The translations under genes were made by a program, and so were the position numbers. Below, in pieces: positions 1 to 9,743 of a DNA stretch of 64,000 nt. Origin of the DNA: a virus (taxonomy: Duplodnaviria > Caudoviricetes). Position 1 is the stretch's first letter; each line of letters starts with the position of its first letter. The stretch covers positions 96,001 through 160,000 of the IMG/VR virus record IMGVR_UViG_3300032319_000936; one strand, 5' to 3'. Below the pieces are notes generated by a model. It saw nothing but the letters and a program-made list of their open reading frames with translations, was not told the origin of the DNA and did not search any database.

Positions 1-744
1 GCGATATTCGCATCCTAGTAAATCAAGCTTTGATTCAAGTCTCACCATAAAGCTATCGTATCTGATAGCTGGTGGAAGATCGAATATTCTCATCGATCTC
101 TTAGTGGCATTCACCTCAAGACCGGACTCTATTAACCACGTGTTCTCTTCATTATTATACTTGGTTACTTTACCTGAAAAATCACGGAAATGCGGCTTCA
201 ATAATTTAGGCTGGCCGGAAAGATATTCAGCCACATCCTCCATTTTTCTAGGTAGTATATTAGTTCTATAACCAACTGCAATACCAACCATGTGAGTCAT
301 AAGACCTATTGGCATTTCCACATGGATCCAATCGTGTGATCCCTCCTCGTTGGCATCGTTAAGATCGGAGTGCTTTTCTATTAGCTCTTTTATCTTATTA
401 TTAATTCTAACAGAGGTGTACCTAGGAGCTGATGGAGAAGGGTTAACGGGGGAACCAAAAAAACCGTCTCCTTCCAATATCTGGAAAGAACAACCGAATG
501 GTCTTGCTAGTTTGGATATTGCTCCAGATAGTGAGCTGTCACTATGGTGGTAATGTCCGGTTTTAATAACCTCCCCTACTAGTCCAACAGTTTTATTGTA
601 TCTGGAAGGGGAGTTTTCTAAGATTAATCTCTGTACCGGAGTTAGAAAATCATAGAAATTTGGAATACCCCTACTCTGCAGAACATATAGAGCATAATCT
701 CTATATTGGGTATTGATCTGATCTGTGATGCTTAATTTATTCAA
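1..744 (-). CDS. Type II DNA topoisomerase A subunit (gp52/GyrA-like), 3' part runs off the window
   Basis: Not in the ORF track because it is truncated. Manual translation from TTG at 744 gives MNKLSITDQINTQYRDYALYVLQSRGIPNFYDFLTPVQR...YHHSDSSL...GFFGS...SAPRYT (catalytic Tyr)...VGIAVGY, and the frame is open to position 1. Confidence 0.92.
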   Translation of the reverse strand, partial: MNKLSITDQINTQYRDYALYVLQSRGIPNFYDFLTPVQRLILENSPSRYNKTVGLVGEVIKTGHYHHSDSSLSGAISKLARPFGCSFQILEGDGFFGSPVNPSPSAPRYTSVRINNKIKELIEKHSDLNDANEEGSHDWIHVEMPIGLMTHMVGIAVGYRTNILPRKMEDVAEYLSGQPKLLKPHFRDFSGKVTKYNNEENTWLIESGLEVNATKRSMRIFDLPPAIRYDSFMVRLESKLDLLGCEYR

Positions 745-789
745 CTTCTATAGTTTAGAAGTTCTATTGAAAAAAAGAAGCTAAGTTCC

Positions 790-2352
790 TTATCTACCGA
801 ATTTTTTAAGGTATTTCATACCATTCTGGCTGAAAGATTCGTTAACTTTTTCAGATTTTTTATTTCCTCCAGCTTCCTGAGTGCTCTTCTTTTCCTCTTT
901 CCTTTCCTCCTTTCTCTCCCTTCTCTCTTCTCTTTTAGATTTAACTCCATTATTTTCTGCTAGGATATAAGGAAGAGTTGCTGAAGGATTTGATTTAGCT
1001 GCTGCTAGTATCTTATCGAATGATGTTGCGTTCTTTATGACCTGATCTCCCGATGTCGTAGCATCCAATCCGTTTGCATTTCTTCCTTCGGGTAGAGCAG
1101 GAGTTATACAGAGATCAATTCTTCCTTTTTCAGCATCCCCGGGAGAGAATGTGTTGGTCCTTTTAGCCTCAGTTGCACTTCCTTCCAATCCATATTTATG
1201 AAAATTAGAGTTTCCGTCTTGCTGTAAAATAGATGAACCGAAATATTTACTTTTCGTGTCCGTATCTTTTATTATAAATTTATAAACACCCGGGTCTAAA
1301 ATATAAGATCCCTGCTGAACTATTAGTTTTGTGAATCCTATTTTAATGAAATAGTCGTACCAGTCTTTAACTCTAAATGCTGGTGACGGAGTTGTACTTC
1401 CCAAAAATGTGTCAATATCACCATCGATTTTAAACAATATAAAAAAGTCAGTAAAGTCATTCGGATAAGAATTCTTTATATCTAAAGAGGATCTAAGAGC
1501 AACTAAGTGATTTTCTCTTTCCCTTATTAGTTCAGTATCAACCCCTATATCCTCCAAAAATCTAAGTGCGGATTTTCTATTTTTTCCTATTGAGTCAAGT
1601 ATATCCTTATATTCTTTTGATCCAACAAAAGATGGTTTACCTATATTATAGTAGTTTGGCTGGGTTAAATTGCTCGTGGCCTTACTAAGATCGGGATTTT
1701 CAGTCTTGAGGGTCTCCGTTTTTTTGTTTTGGAATGAATTCTGGTTGGAAGCATCTATACCGCCATTTAAAGACGAGCTGGAAAAAGCTGCAAGTCCTGA
1801 TGGGCTACTAGTCGGTATCGTTTCCACTGGTCTTTCTTCTGCGGTCCCGAAGAAATAATTTTTAATCTGTTGTCTATCGTCAGCACTAAGATCACTCTTG
1901 GAGCTACCGAATACCGTCGAATCCGATGCGGTAGGGTCTTTAAAACCTCTTCTTGCATACTCAGCAGCATTAGCAACAATATCACCTAGATTACCTAATT
2001 TATCGCTCGAATTCGAGCTGTGAGCGCCTGAAGGTCCAGGTGGAGTTGCAATTGTGGCCCCACCTTTAGAATAAGATACATTAGTATCTTCCTTTGGTGC
2101 TGCTTTGACGCCATCTTTTTTGACTACTTCGACGCCATCGGATGAGAAATCAAGGGTAGCGCCGTTTAGCGTAACGTCGGTAATTGTTATTCCGTCACCA
2201 ATTTTTATTCCTCCTTTTCCTAGTTGTTTTTTAATTTCTTCAGAAGCTTTAGCTTCCTCGTCGCTAAGTACCTGAGCTGGTCCACTCTCGTTTATAGCTA
2301 TAGTACTGAATGAGAATTTATTAAAATCCATCCAGTTTTTTACTTTACTCAT
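790..2352 (-). CDS. Hypothetical protein (520 aa) with low-complexity S/G-rich and K/E-rich tracts
   Basis: Long ORF with no recognisable catalytic motif; the C-terminus VNESFSQNGMKYLKKF resembles the capsid-targeting-like motif. Confidence 0.7.
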   Translation of the reverse strand: MSKVKNWMDFNKFSFSTIAINESGPAQVLSDEEAKASEEIKKQLGKGGIKIGDGITITDVTLNGATLDFSSDGVEVVKKDGVKAAPKEDTNVSYSKGGATIATPPGPSGAHSSNSSDKLGNLGDIVANAAEYARRGFKDPTASDSTVFGSSKSDLSADDRQQIKNYFFGTAEERPVETIPTSSPSGLAAFSSSSLNGGIDASNQNSFQNKKTETLKTENPDLSKATSNLTQPNYYNIGKPSFVGSKEYKDILDSIGKNRKSALRFLEDIGVDTELIRERENHLVALRSSLDIKNSYPNDFTDFFILFKIDGDIDTFLGSTTPSPAFRVKDWYDYFIKIGFTKLIVQQGSYILDPGVYKFIIKDTDTKSKYFGSSILQQDGNSNFHKYGLEGSATEAKRTNTFSPGDAEKGRIDLCITPALPEGRNANGLDATTSGDQVIKNATSFDKILAAAKSNPSATLPYILAENNGVKSKREERRERKEERKEEKKSTQEAGGNKKSEKVNESFSQNGMKYLKKFGR

Positions 2353-2710
2353 TTTGGTTCTCTTTTTTATCTTTTTCTATAATGTATGTATCTCTAGAGT
2401 TTAGATAAAAAATAAGGGAATTCGCCAGTACAGAAAAAAGACTTGCCAGCAGTCCGCAAAGGAAAAAACTTAATATCGGGATATCTGAGTACCTAATATT
2501 ATCTTGATTGATAGAGATTAACCCAAAATAAGAAAGCAATGAAAATAGAAAGCCGCTCCAAAATCCAAAGCACTGAATGCAGCTAAGTAGTTTCCCTATA
2601 TAGGGGTATTTTACTAGAAAGTAATTTCTAACAGGAGCTACTATATAGGAGGTTACCACTAAGTAGCAAAATGAAAATGAGATGAATAGAAAAAGAATAA
2701 GATCCATCAT
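2345..2710 (-). CDS. DUF1360-like membrane protein
   Basis: Three hydrophobic segments and the LLSCIQCFGFW (CxxCxGFW) motif. Confidence 0.6.
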   Translation of the reverse strand: MMDLILFLFISFSFCYLVVTSYIVAPVRNYFLVKYPYIGKLLSCIQCFGFWSGFLFSLLSYFGLISINQDNIRYSDIPILSFFLCGLLASLFSVLANSLIFYLNSRDTYIIEKDKKENQNE

Positions 2711-3759
2711 ATAGAGAGTGCTTTATCCAATTCTTCCAACTTTAATCTCTGCTCGTCGGATATGAACTGTGGTACCTTAATGCTAACCTTAACGAGGATA
2801 TCCCCGTTTATAAATCCATTAAATTCCGGAATACCTTTACCCTGTAGTCTAAATATTTTACCAGGACTGGTTCCCCCTGGAACCTTGATCTTATATTCAC
2901 CGCCTTTCAGGTTTGGTATATTTATATCTGTCCCTAAGCAAGCTTCCTTATAGCTTATGGATTCCTCACATATTAGATTTATGCCGTCCCTCTTAAAATA
3001 TCGATGTGATACCTCATTCACATTCACAACAAGATCACCAGGGTTACAAGGTGATTTTGCATGGTCGCCCTTTCCAGATACAACAAAACTCATACCACCA
3101 ACGCTACCTCTTGGCATAGCTATGTCTATCTCGTCCAATATCCTTTCTGTACCTGTTCCGTTGCAGTGCTTACACGGATCCGTACTTTTAGATCCTGACC
3201 CCTGACATGTGTTACAGAAAGATTCATGACTGACTATACCAAATGCAGTATTTACGGTCTGTCTTATCTTACCTGAACCGTGGCAATCTTTACAGTTTTC
3301 AAGCTTACCTGAAGAGGATCCTGTTCCAGAGCAATACGAGCATCCCTCCTTTCGCCAGACAGCTACTCTCTTAGTAGCACCACTTAATATTTCATCAAGC
3401 GTGACCTCCATTGATACATTGACATTTCTACCCTTATTAATTAAAGGATCCTGTGAGAAGCCACCCTGTCTTCCGCCAAAAAAACTATAGAAATCGTTTC
3501 CTTGGAATGCATTAGATCCTTGGAATGGATTCCATCCCTGACTCCTGAAGGGATCTGGGTTGTCGTATTTTCTTTTCTTATCCGGATCCGAGAGTGTTTC
3601 GTATGCATCACTCACTTCCCTGAATTTTCTTTCCGATTCTTTATCTCCGTTATTTTTATCAGGATGATACTTAATAGCTAGCTTTCTATAAGCTTTCTTA
3701 ATGTCCTCGGGCGACGCATTTCTGTCAATACCAAGTATTGAGTAGTGATCATTTGCCAT
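2707..3759 (-). CDS. dnaJ: DnaJ (Hsp40) chaperone, type I
   Basis: J domain with KYHPDKN, a G/F-rich linker, four CxxCxGxG zinc-finger repeats and a C-terminal domain. Confidence 0.97.
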   Translation of the reverse strand: MANDHYSILGIDRNASPEDIKKAYRKLAIKYHPDKNNGDKESERKFREVSDAYETLSDPDKKRKYDNPDPFRSQGWNPFQGSNAFQGNDFYSFFGGRQGGFSQDPLINKGRNVNVSMEVTLDEILSGATKRVAVWRKEGCSYCSGTGSSSGKLENCKDCHGSGKIRQTVNTAFGIVSHESFCNTCQGSGSKSTDPCKHCNGTGTERILDEIDIAMPRGSVGGMSFVVSGKGDHAKSPCNPGDLVVNVNEVSHRYFKRDGINLICEESISYKEACLGTDINIPNLKGGEYKIKVPGGTSPGKIFRLQGKGIPEFNGFINGDILVKVSIKVPQFISDEQRLKLEELDKALSI

Positions 3760-3766
3760 AATTTTT

Positions 3767-4096
3767 TTACTTGAATATGTCTATAATTTTCTTAGGCTCA
3801 AAATCATCTAATGTAGACTTTTCTTTCCATTCTTTCTTGAAATTTCTACCCAGCTTTTGTATTTCTGCACAGATCTCGTAATCCTCGTGCGATTCCCAAT
3901 ATTGGATCATCTTTTGAGTAAATGAATCTATTTGGTCCTCCGTTCTAAACACGTAGTTCAGCTCCTCAGTAGGATTTCTAAGAGCGCTTAAAAAAAGATC
4001 CTGCACAGCTCTATCTATATGCTTTCTGAGTATACTAAACTGTGGATGTGGTCCTTCCGAACCAAATCCCTTAGAGGGGTAGAAGCTTTTAGACAT
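3767..4096 (-). CDS. Hypothetical protein with UVR-like EDYEICAEI motif
   Basis: ORF tightly packed in the operon. Confidence 0.6.
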   Translation of the reverse strand: MSKSFYPSKGFGSEGPHPQFSILRKHIDRAVQDLFLSALRNPTEELNYVFRTEDQIDSFTQKMIQYWESHEDYEICAEIQKLGRNFKKEWKEKSTLDDFEPKKIIDIFK

Positions 4097-4100
4097 GAGA

Positions 4101-4391
4101 TTATATATTTTTGGATTTCTTAAGGTTTGCTAATATGACATCCCAAACTTCCCCTCTAGAATATAAATCTTCTATGAAGCTACCGTCTGGATTCTTATAT
4201 TTTGAAATCTCATTCTCAGTTTCTTCCTGACCGAACTCATCCTTTAGGTAATCTATTCTGATTTGTACCTCTAGGTCGTTGTCTCGTGTGTACTTGATAC
4301 CATTTACAACACCTTCATTTTCGGAAACTTTGAAATCAAATTCTTCCATTGCTTTCCGCATCATCCATTCTTTTATCTCTTCCTCTTTCAT
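4101..4391 (-). CDS. Hypothetical protein
   Basis: ORF tightly packed between neighbours with an ATG start. Confidence 0.6.
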   Translation of the reverse strand: MKEEEIKEWMMRKAMEEFDFKVSENEGVVNGIKYTRDNDLEVQIRIDYLKDEFGQEETENEISKYKNPDGSFIEDLYSRGEVWDVILANLKKSKNI

Positions 4392-4394
4392 TTA

Positions 4395-5309
4395 CTATTT
4401 GTTATTTTTACTATCTAGATATCTTAGTAAAGCAATATTTTTCTGCTTTACTTCGAATTCTATATCAAAGTTCATCCCGTATGTTTCGGGATTCCCCCAG
4501 ATCCAGTCAGAATGAGCAAGCTCCTTAGCACTAGCATCTTCATATAATTTCCTAGAATCCGAATAGTGAGTGATTGGTATAAAATCTCCCCATGTCGAAA
4601 CGCAAATTGCCAAAGACTCCGCTTCAGATATTCCTTCTGGAGGATTGCAAATGTTATGCAGATAGTCAAATGTGACCGGGATCCCCACCTTAGAATGGAC
4701 AAGTTGTGCGAGATCTACCGAGGTGAACTGTGACTTTTTGTCATCAACCTCCACAACCAATCTTCTTTTCACGTTATCAGGTAGCTCTAGATAAGCTTTA
4801 CAAAACCTTTCAGCAGCTTCCTCCTTGGTTGGCTTTGATGTGTTAATGTGAATATTTATTGGGTAGTCGTAAGACTGGTCCAATCCCATTAGGTCCATTA
4901 TTTCTGCATGCTGTCTTAGCTCCTTAAATGATTTCTGAACTACATCAGGTCTTTCGGAAGCTATTACACAATAAGGCGAGGGATGGAATGTCAATCTCTG
5001 ATCTGTGGTCTTCGATAAATCCCCACACAATTTTAGGTTTATCGCGATCTCCTCGAAATCAGGTAGGTCTGATAATTCATATTCAGAGCACCATGGGAAT
5101 ATATCGGAACTCATCCGATACATGCGTATCCCAGTATCGGCGTTCCATGTTAAGACCTTATAGAGATCTTTCACATTTAACAAAGCCAGTTGTGAGGCGT
5201 AGGGTAGTCCCCTTTCTAGGAATGTTCTTTTGACCATACCTCTGTTCGTAGTAACCTTCTCCTTTTCAAGAGAGAGATTAATACAGCAATATCCATATCT
5301 TCTTTCCAT
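4395..5309 (-). CDS. uvsE: UV-damage endonuclease (UvsE/UvdE)
   Basis: GYCCIN, YRMSSDIFPW, RLTFHP, INIH, RLVVE, FDYLHN, THYS, HSD and EVKQK motifs. Confidence 0.95.
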   Translation of the reverse strand: MERRYGYCCINLSLEKEKVTTNRGMVKRTFLERGLPYASQLALLNVKDLYKVLTWNADTGIRMYRMSSDIFPWCSEYELSDLPDFEEIAINLKLCGDLSKTTDQRLTFHPSPYCVIASERPDVVQKSFKELRQHAEIMDLMGLDQSYDYPINIHINTSKPTKEEAAERFCKAYLELPDNVKRRLVVEVDDKKSQFTSVDLAQLVHSKVGIPVTFDYLHNICNPPEGISEAESLAICVSTWGDFIPITHYSDSRKLYEDASAKELAHSDWIWGNPETYGMNFDIEFEVKQKNIALLRYLDSKNNK

Positions 5310-5313
5310 ATTA

Positions 5314-5321
5314 CAAATATA
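5314..5321 (-). promoter_or_regulatory. Bacteroidota sigma-A -7 element (TAnnTTTG) upstream of uvsE
   Basis: TATATTTG lies 4 nt before the uvsE ATG. Confidence 0.55.
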
Positions 5322-5347
5322 TTGAATATCGCCGTAGTGAACCCGAT

Positions 5348-6310
5348 CTATTCGGTGTCTTTTAAAGCTTCTTTTACTTTTGCTATAACCATCTGCGAGG
5401 TTATGAGCCTATGACATTCGTTCTCCCTTGGAGTACCATGAAATATCGGGCAAGAATTTTTAATCCGCATGAAGACATTAAAACACCCAGAGCACCCAAT
5501 TTTGCTGTTTACTCTATAGCAATCAAACTCATTCTGTTCTTTCGTAAATCCGGCTACCATAACAACAGGGACACCATATGCCCAGGCAAGCCAAGCTAGA
5601 CCCGAGGATAGTCCTATAAAGATCCTGGATGATACTATGTGATCTATAGCAACTTTTATATCGTCAAATCCATTATAATTTATAACCTCATTTAGATTAA
5701 TGATTTTCTCGTATGAAACATTATAAACATCAATGTTCTCCTCTCTCAGATAATCTACGACATCCTGCCATCCATTAGGAACATCCCATCTTGCAATTAC
5801 CTTAAGTGATTCTGGTGCTATCGTTACCTTATTTTTTTCCACCAATCTTTCCTTGTATTTAACAGGAGGTCTATCTGGTAGAGTTTCTTGAGGCAGCAGA
5901 AAGGTATTTTTGGCCGCATAAAAAAGACCATTTATTGTGTGCATATAGTCTTCCTTATTATAGCCAACCGTTATCTGTGTGTCTACGTAAACCCTAGCAT
6001 AAGAATCAGCAGCTATAAAAACTATATCTTCCCCAATATCATCAAATAGATTTTTAAAGAAAGTGGTGACTAATATCTTTTTTGGTCTGTAATATTCAAA
6101 GAATGGCCTGAGAAAGCTAGAGAAGCATATGGTATCGCCAATACAGAAAGAGTCCAGATGTATTAAAATTTCCTTATCCCTGAAATTCCTGCTTCCAGGT
6201 TCCCTCTCTGTATAAGAAACAAGCTCCTCCTCTGAGTATTTTCTTCTTTTGTTTCTAATGTAATCGGGAGGAACTATCTGTGACCCTTCATTTTGCTGAT
6301 TGAACTCCAT
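5348..6310 (-). CDS. GT9-like / autotransporter heptosyltransferase-like glycosyltransferase
   Basis: IGDTI, FIGLSSGLAWLAWAYGVPVVMVAGF, and C-terminal CSGCFN...CP...EC cysteines. Start moved to the ATG at 6310 to avoid overlap with the topoisomerase gene. Confidence 0.8.
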   Translation of the reverse strand: MEFNQQNEGSQIVPPDYIRNKRRKYSEEELVSYTEREPGSRNFRDKEILIHLDSFCIGDTICFSSFLRPFFEYYRPKKILVTTFFKNLFDDIGEDIVFIAADSYARVYVDTQITVGYNKEDYMHTINGLFYAAKNTFLLPQETLPDRPPVKYKERLVEKNKVTIAPESLKVIARWDVPNGWQDVVDYLREENIDVYNVSYEKIINLNEVINYNGFDDIKVAIDHIVSSRIFIGLSSGLAWLAWAYGVPVVMVAGFTKEQNEFDCYRVNSKIGCSGCFNVFMRIKNSCPIFHGTPRENECHRLITSQMVIAKVKEALKDTE

Positions 6311-6320
6311 AGCTAAACAA

Positions 6321-7019
6321 TTAAAATCCGGATAGCCAATTTTTTCTTGCCTGCGAAGATTTACCAAAAGCCATTTCCAGACTAGATTTTGATTCAGGAT
6401 CAGGTGATATCTGTAAAATTCTTCTGTTTCTCATAACAAAATCCCAATCGTCCAAAGATAATGAACCTAATCCCTTAAGGTATCTTACATTTTTAAGATC
6501 CGAAGAAGATGCTCTCTTGAATTCATCTAATGAGAAGTAATATTTTTTAACCCTATCCCCAGAACTAACTAGAGGCGTTTCCAATATATGTAGCCTCCCC
6601 TGTCCTACTATCCACGGGAACCAAGTATAGAAAAGATTAACCAGCAAGCTAGTAATGTGGGATCCATCAGGATCCTGGTCTGTTGATATGACTATGTTTT
6701 TAAATGGTCCATCGAAACTCTTCTCCTCGGGGTCAAGATTCAATATTTGCATTAGCTCCAATATCTCCCTATTTGAAGATAGATCCCCGAGTGATCTTGC
6801 ATTCTTGATCTTTCCCTTTAATGCATATACACCGTCTTTCTTAGGATCCCTCTTTTGCAAAAGTGAACCCATAGCAGAATTATGAGACACCACACCATTA
6901 GCTAAAACAAAGCTTTCGTCCTCTTCCACAGTAAGATCTATACAATTATAAACACCCGAATTTTCTATTTTCTCTATTTCCACTATCTGGAAAAAATTTT
7001 CATGTTGTTCAGTTAACAT
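6321..7019 (-). CDS. Topoisomerase II B subunit, C-terminal piece: split-intein IntC (47 aa) plus TOPRIM C-extein (185 aa)
   Basis: DLTVEEDESFVLANGVVSHN|SAMG, then LKGKIKN, STDQDPDGSHI (DxD) and RYLKGLGS. Confidence 0.93.
   Translation of the reverse strand: MLTEQHENFFQIVEIEKIENSGVYNCIDLTVEEDESFVLANGVVSHNSAMGSLLQKRDPKKDGVYALKGKIKNARSLGDLSSNREILELMQILNLDPEEKSFDGPFKNIVISTDQDPDGSHITSLLVNLFYTWFPWIVGQGRLHILETPLVSSGDRVKKYYFSLDEFKRASSSDLKNVRYLKGLGSLSLDDWDFVMRNRRILQISPDPESKSSLEMAFGKSSQARKNWLSGF
6879..7019 (-). mobile_element. Split intein C-half (IntC) of topoisomerase B subunit
   Basis: Block F (CIDLTVEEDESFVL) and block G (NGVVSHN) followed by Ser+1. Confidence 0.92.
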
Positions 7020-7129
7020 ATTGTTGATTTTATTTTATTAATTGATTCTTCTATTAAAGAATCATATTTCCACCGATCCCTGACCAAATTTTTCCTGTCC
7101 GTTTCTATTTTTATTGAATATCCAGCTGA

Positions 7130-7639
7130 TTAAATATGATCAAAAACACATATCAAATCTCCATTTTTTATTTCAGAAGCTTTTCTCATTATAAAAGAGC
7201 TTTCTTTTTGGAGATAAATGCAATATTTGTGATCGTCACTGCATTTATAAAACGAGCCATCTTCTAGGATTAACCCGTTATGATATTTTTCATCACCAGT
7301 TTTAAATTTATCGGTCACCTCTAAATTTCCAATAAAATTTCCCAGACTAGATTTAACAATACAGTGTTTTTCTGCGTCCATATCCGAGACAGACAGAAAT
7401 GAAAAAACTGAAGATATTTTATCAAAGACATAATATCTGTGAGCCTTCGATTGGACTAATTGTGTTCCATCTTTTAGTGTTACAGTAAAACACTCCTTTA
7501 ATTTTCTTTGCTTATTTACGATCTTTCTGAATCTATTATTGTGTGTTATTACATCATCACCAAGCAAAACTTCCTTCATGGGTAGATTCAAAAGCTCGCC
7601 GTCTCTCCAAACATTTATTTTTTCATCCTCGTGTATACA
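7130..7639 (-). mobile_element. Split intein N-half (IntN) of topoisomerase B subunit
   Basis: Cys1 directly after EGL, then GDDVITHN and two block-B-like segments (DGTQLVQSKAH and DGSFYKCSDDH). Confidence 0.9.
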
Positions 7640-8869
7640 TAGCCCCTCTACTATAAATAGATTTTCCGCTTTAGAAGCTGTTGGAGGGAAATACTTATGA
7701 GAAAATTTTATCTTTACATTCTTTTTTTCCCTTCTAATCTTCTTTATCTCAGCATCTTTTCTTCTCTCATCGACAGATTTCTTTATTGATTTAAAGGTTT
7801 CTGTTCTGTAGAATTTCTGTAAGCCAGCTTCGAAGCTTCTAACGATGGTTGGCTCAACCTCTTCTCTCTTACTTACAAATTTAGTTTTATTCTGATCGCC
7901 AAATCTTACTAAACCGGGAGATAAATTAAGAATCAGTAGATGATCATAGAAGTGATGACCTAGGCTATCCTCAAGTTCACCATTGATTCTATCCATAACT
8001 ATCTTCTGATGAATACCCGTGCATATTGCAGAGTTCACAAAAGCAAAAGAAGAAGTAGATTCACTCTTTGGCCATATTAGAAGTTCCCCTATTTGACACT
8101 TGTATGAGAATCCCGGTGATAAAGCTGAGTTAATCAAGGTCTTGTTACCGTCCCATATAAACTCTATGTTAATGCTCTCGGTCTTTTTTTCGGTTTCTAA
8201 TACCCTCTTTTTCAGGACCAGTGTGGACCATAGAATATCACGGTCCCATTTATTATTATCGAATATCTTAGGCAGCGGGGAAAAGCTAACCCTTGTTCCG
8301 GTTTCCCTGCTAGAAGACTTCGTCTTTACATCAGGTTTAGATGCTAAAAAATTCTCCCACCTTTGAAAATATGTTTCTTGACTATTTGTTGTCTCTATCT
8401 CAAAGAATGACGACAAAGCGTTAACAAGACTAACTCCCATCCCGTTGGTACCAATTAGCGATTCCTCTATATCATCGTTATCGAAATTAGAACCAGCTCT
8501 TAGCATGGATACTGCGGTCTCAACGTTGGATAGCCCACTCTTTTTGTTCTTTTTAGATCCATTGAGAAATCCGTCACCTGAATCTGTAATGGAGATTGCA
8601 TTGGATTTGGTATCGATCTCGACTGTGATTTTCCTCATCGGAGATTTCATTCTCTTGGCCTCGTCGACGCAATTAGAAAAAACCTCATCGAAAAGTTTGT
8701 ACATACCAACAGAGATTGGTCGGGGTTGTGATTTAATACACTTACCCTCTTCCACTATAGGTACCTGTTCTTCCGACGTTTTTACACTACCAACATATAT
8801 GGTAGGTCTAGCCAAAATGTGTTCAAAGTCACTGAGGACTTGTATTTCTTTACTCGGTTTTGTAGCCAT
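7130..8869 (-). CDS. Topoisomerase II B subunit (gp39/GyrB-like), N-terminal piece: GHKL ATPase/transducer (410 aa) plus split-intein IntN (169 aa)
   Basis: EHILARPTIYVGS, EVFSNCVDE, DSGDG, AGSNF, GTNGMG, QNKTK, then FIVEGL|CIHEDE intein start and a TAA stop. Confidence 0.93.
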   Translation of the reverse strand: MATKPSKEIQVLSDFEHILARPTIYVGSVKTSEEQVPIVEEGKCIKSQPRPISVGMYKLFDEVFSNCVDEAKRMKSPMRKITVEIDTKSNAISITDSGDGFLNGSKKNKKSGLSNVETAVSMLRAGSNFDNDDIEESLIGTNGMGVSLVNALSSFFEIETTNSQETYFQRWENFLASKPDVKTKSSSRETGTRVSFSPLPKIFDNNKWDRDILWSTLVLKKRVLETEKKTESINIEFIWDGNKTLINSALSPGFSYKCQIGELLIWPKSESTSSFAFVNSAICTGIHQKIVMDRINGELEDSLGHHFYDHLLILNLSPGLVRFGDQNKTKFVSKREEVEPTIVRSFEAGLQKFYRTETFKSIKKSVDERRKDAEIKKIRREKKNVKIKFSHKYFPPTASKAENLFIVEGLCIHEDEKINVWRDGELLNLPMKEVLLGDDVITHNNRFRKIVNKQRKLKECFTVTLKDGTQLVQSKAHRYYVFDKISSVFSFLSVSDMDAEKHCIVKSSLGNFIGNLEVTDKFKTGDEKYHNGLILEDGSFYKCSDDHKYCIYLQKESSFIMRKASEIKNGDLICVFDHI

Positions 8870-8875
8870 ATTATT

Positions 8876-9643
8876 TTATCTAACTAGAGGAACTAGAACC
8901 TCTGTTACGAATTCCTCCATATCTTGTATGGAGATTTTATCAAAAGTATCCATCATACTGTGACAAAGATACCAAGATGAGTTATCAAGATACCCATTTT
9001 CATTGAGCATATCAGATTCTCCCTCCAATAAGAGAGGCAGGGGATTGATAACATTTGTGTCTATCCCATTCATGTATAACGGTAAGCAATCGCTTCCTGG
9101 CGTTCTTTTAACTGGGGGGTTGAACATTTCCTTTATTCTATCTGTGAGCTCACCTGAGTAGTCACCAATCATGAAGTTTCTACCACCTCTACCGCTTAAC
9201 TCTAAGTTAAGAACCCACTCTATAGAGCCAAAAAAACCATTCTTTATTTGACCAGCTAGCCTACTAGATCCAGCAAACCCAACCTCCTCACCGTCTGTTA
9301 TTACGACATTGACTTCGGGAACTAACTTTTTAAGAAGTATAGCATTAATAACCGAAGCCGAGTTATCGTTTGCATTTTCGGATTCTAAGTTAACTATATC
9401 ATGGTGGGCAATAACCATTCTTGTGGAATTCCCTCTTAATATGATATTATGATAGTGCCAACCTCCGCTCATAAAATAGTCAATCTCGTAGGTTATTCCT
9501 ACCCTTCCACACAAGTCGATTATGAATCTAGCACGGGGACTAGGTTCAGCACTATTCTCGAGTGCAGTTCCTAGATTTCTTACTTTACAAAAATCTTTTA
9601 GGGATTCAAGAATCTCCCTGTTTTCCATTGAGCTTATATACAT
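8876..9643 (-). CDS. M28-family zinc peptidase
   Basis: AHHD, ANDNSASV, DGEEVGFAGS, LNLE, SD and C-terminal His motifs. Confidence 0.85.
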   Translation of the reverse strand: MYISSMENREILESLKDFCKVRNLGTALENSAEPSPRARFIIDLCGRVGITYEIDYFMSGGWHYHNIILRGNSTRMVIAHHDIVNLESENANDNSASVINAILLKKLVPEVNVVITDGEEVGFAGSSRLAGQIKNGFFGSIEWVLNLELSGRGGRNFMIGDYSGELTDRIKEMFNPPVKRTPGSDCLPLYMNGIDTNVINPLPLLLEGESDMLNENGYLDNSSWYLCHSMMDTFDKISIQDMEEFVTEVLVPLVR

Positions 9644-9683
9644 TCCTTCTATAATTATCCAAGATTAATAACAATCTCCGTAG

Positions 9684-9718
9684 AAAAAAAGATGCCCGAA
9701 TAAAATATCCGGGCATCT
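9684..9718 (-). terminator. Intrinsic terminator
   Basis: AGATGCCCG/CGGGCATCT stem followed by a U tract on the minus strand. Confidence 0.75.
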
Positions 9719-9743
9719 AGTGGGTTTAGTTTAAAAAGTAAGA

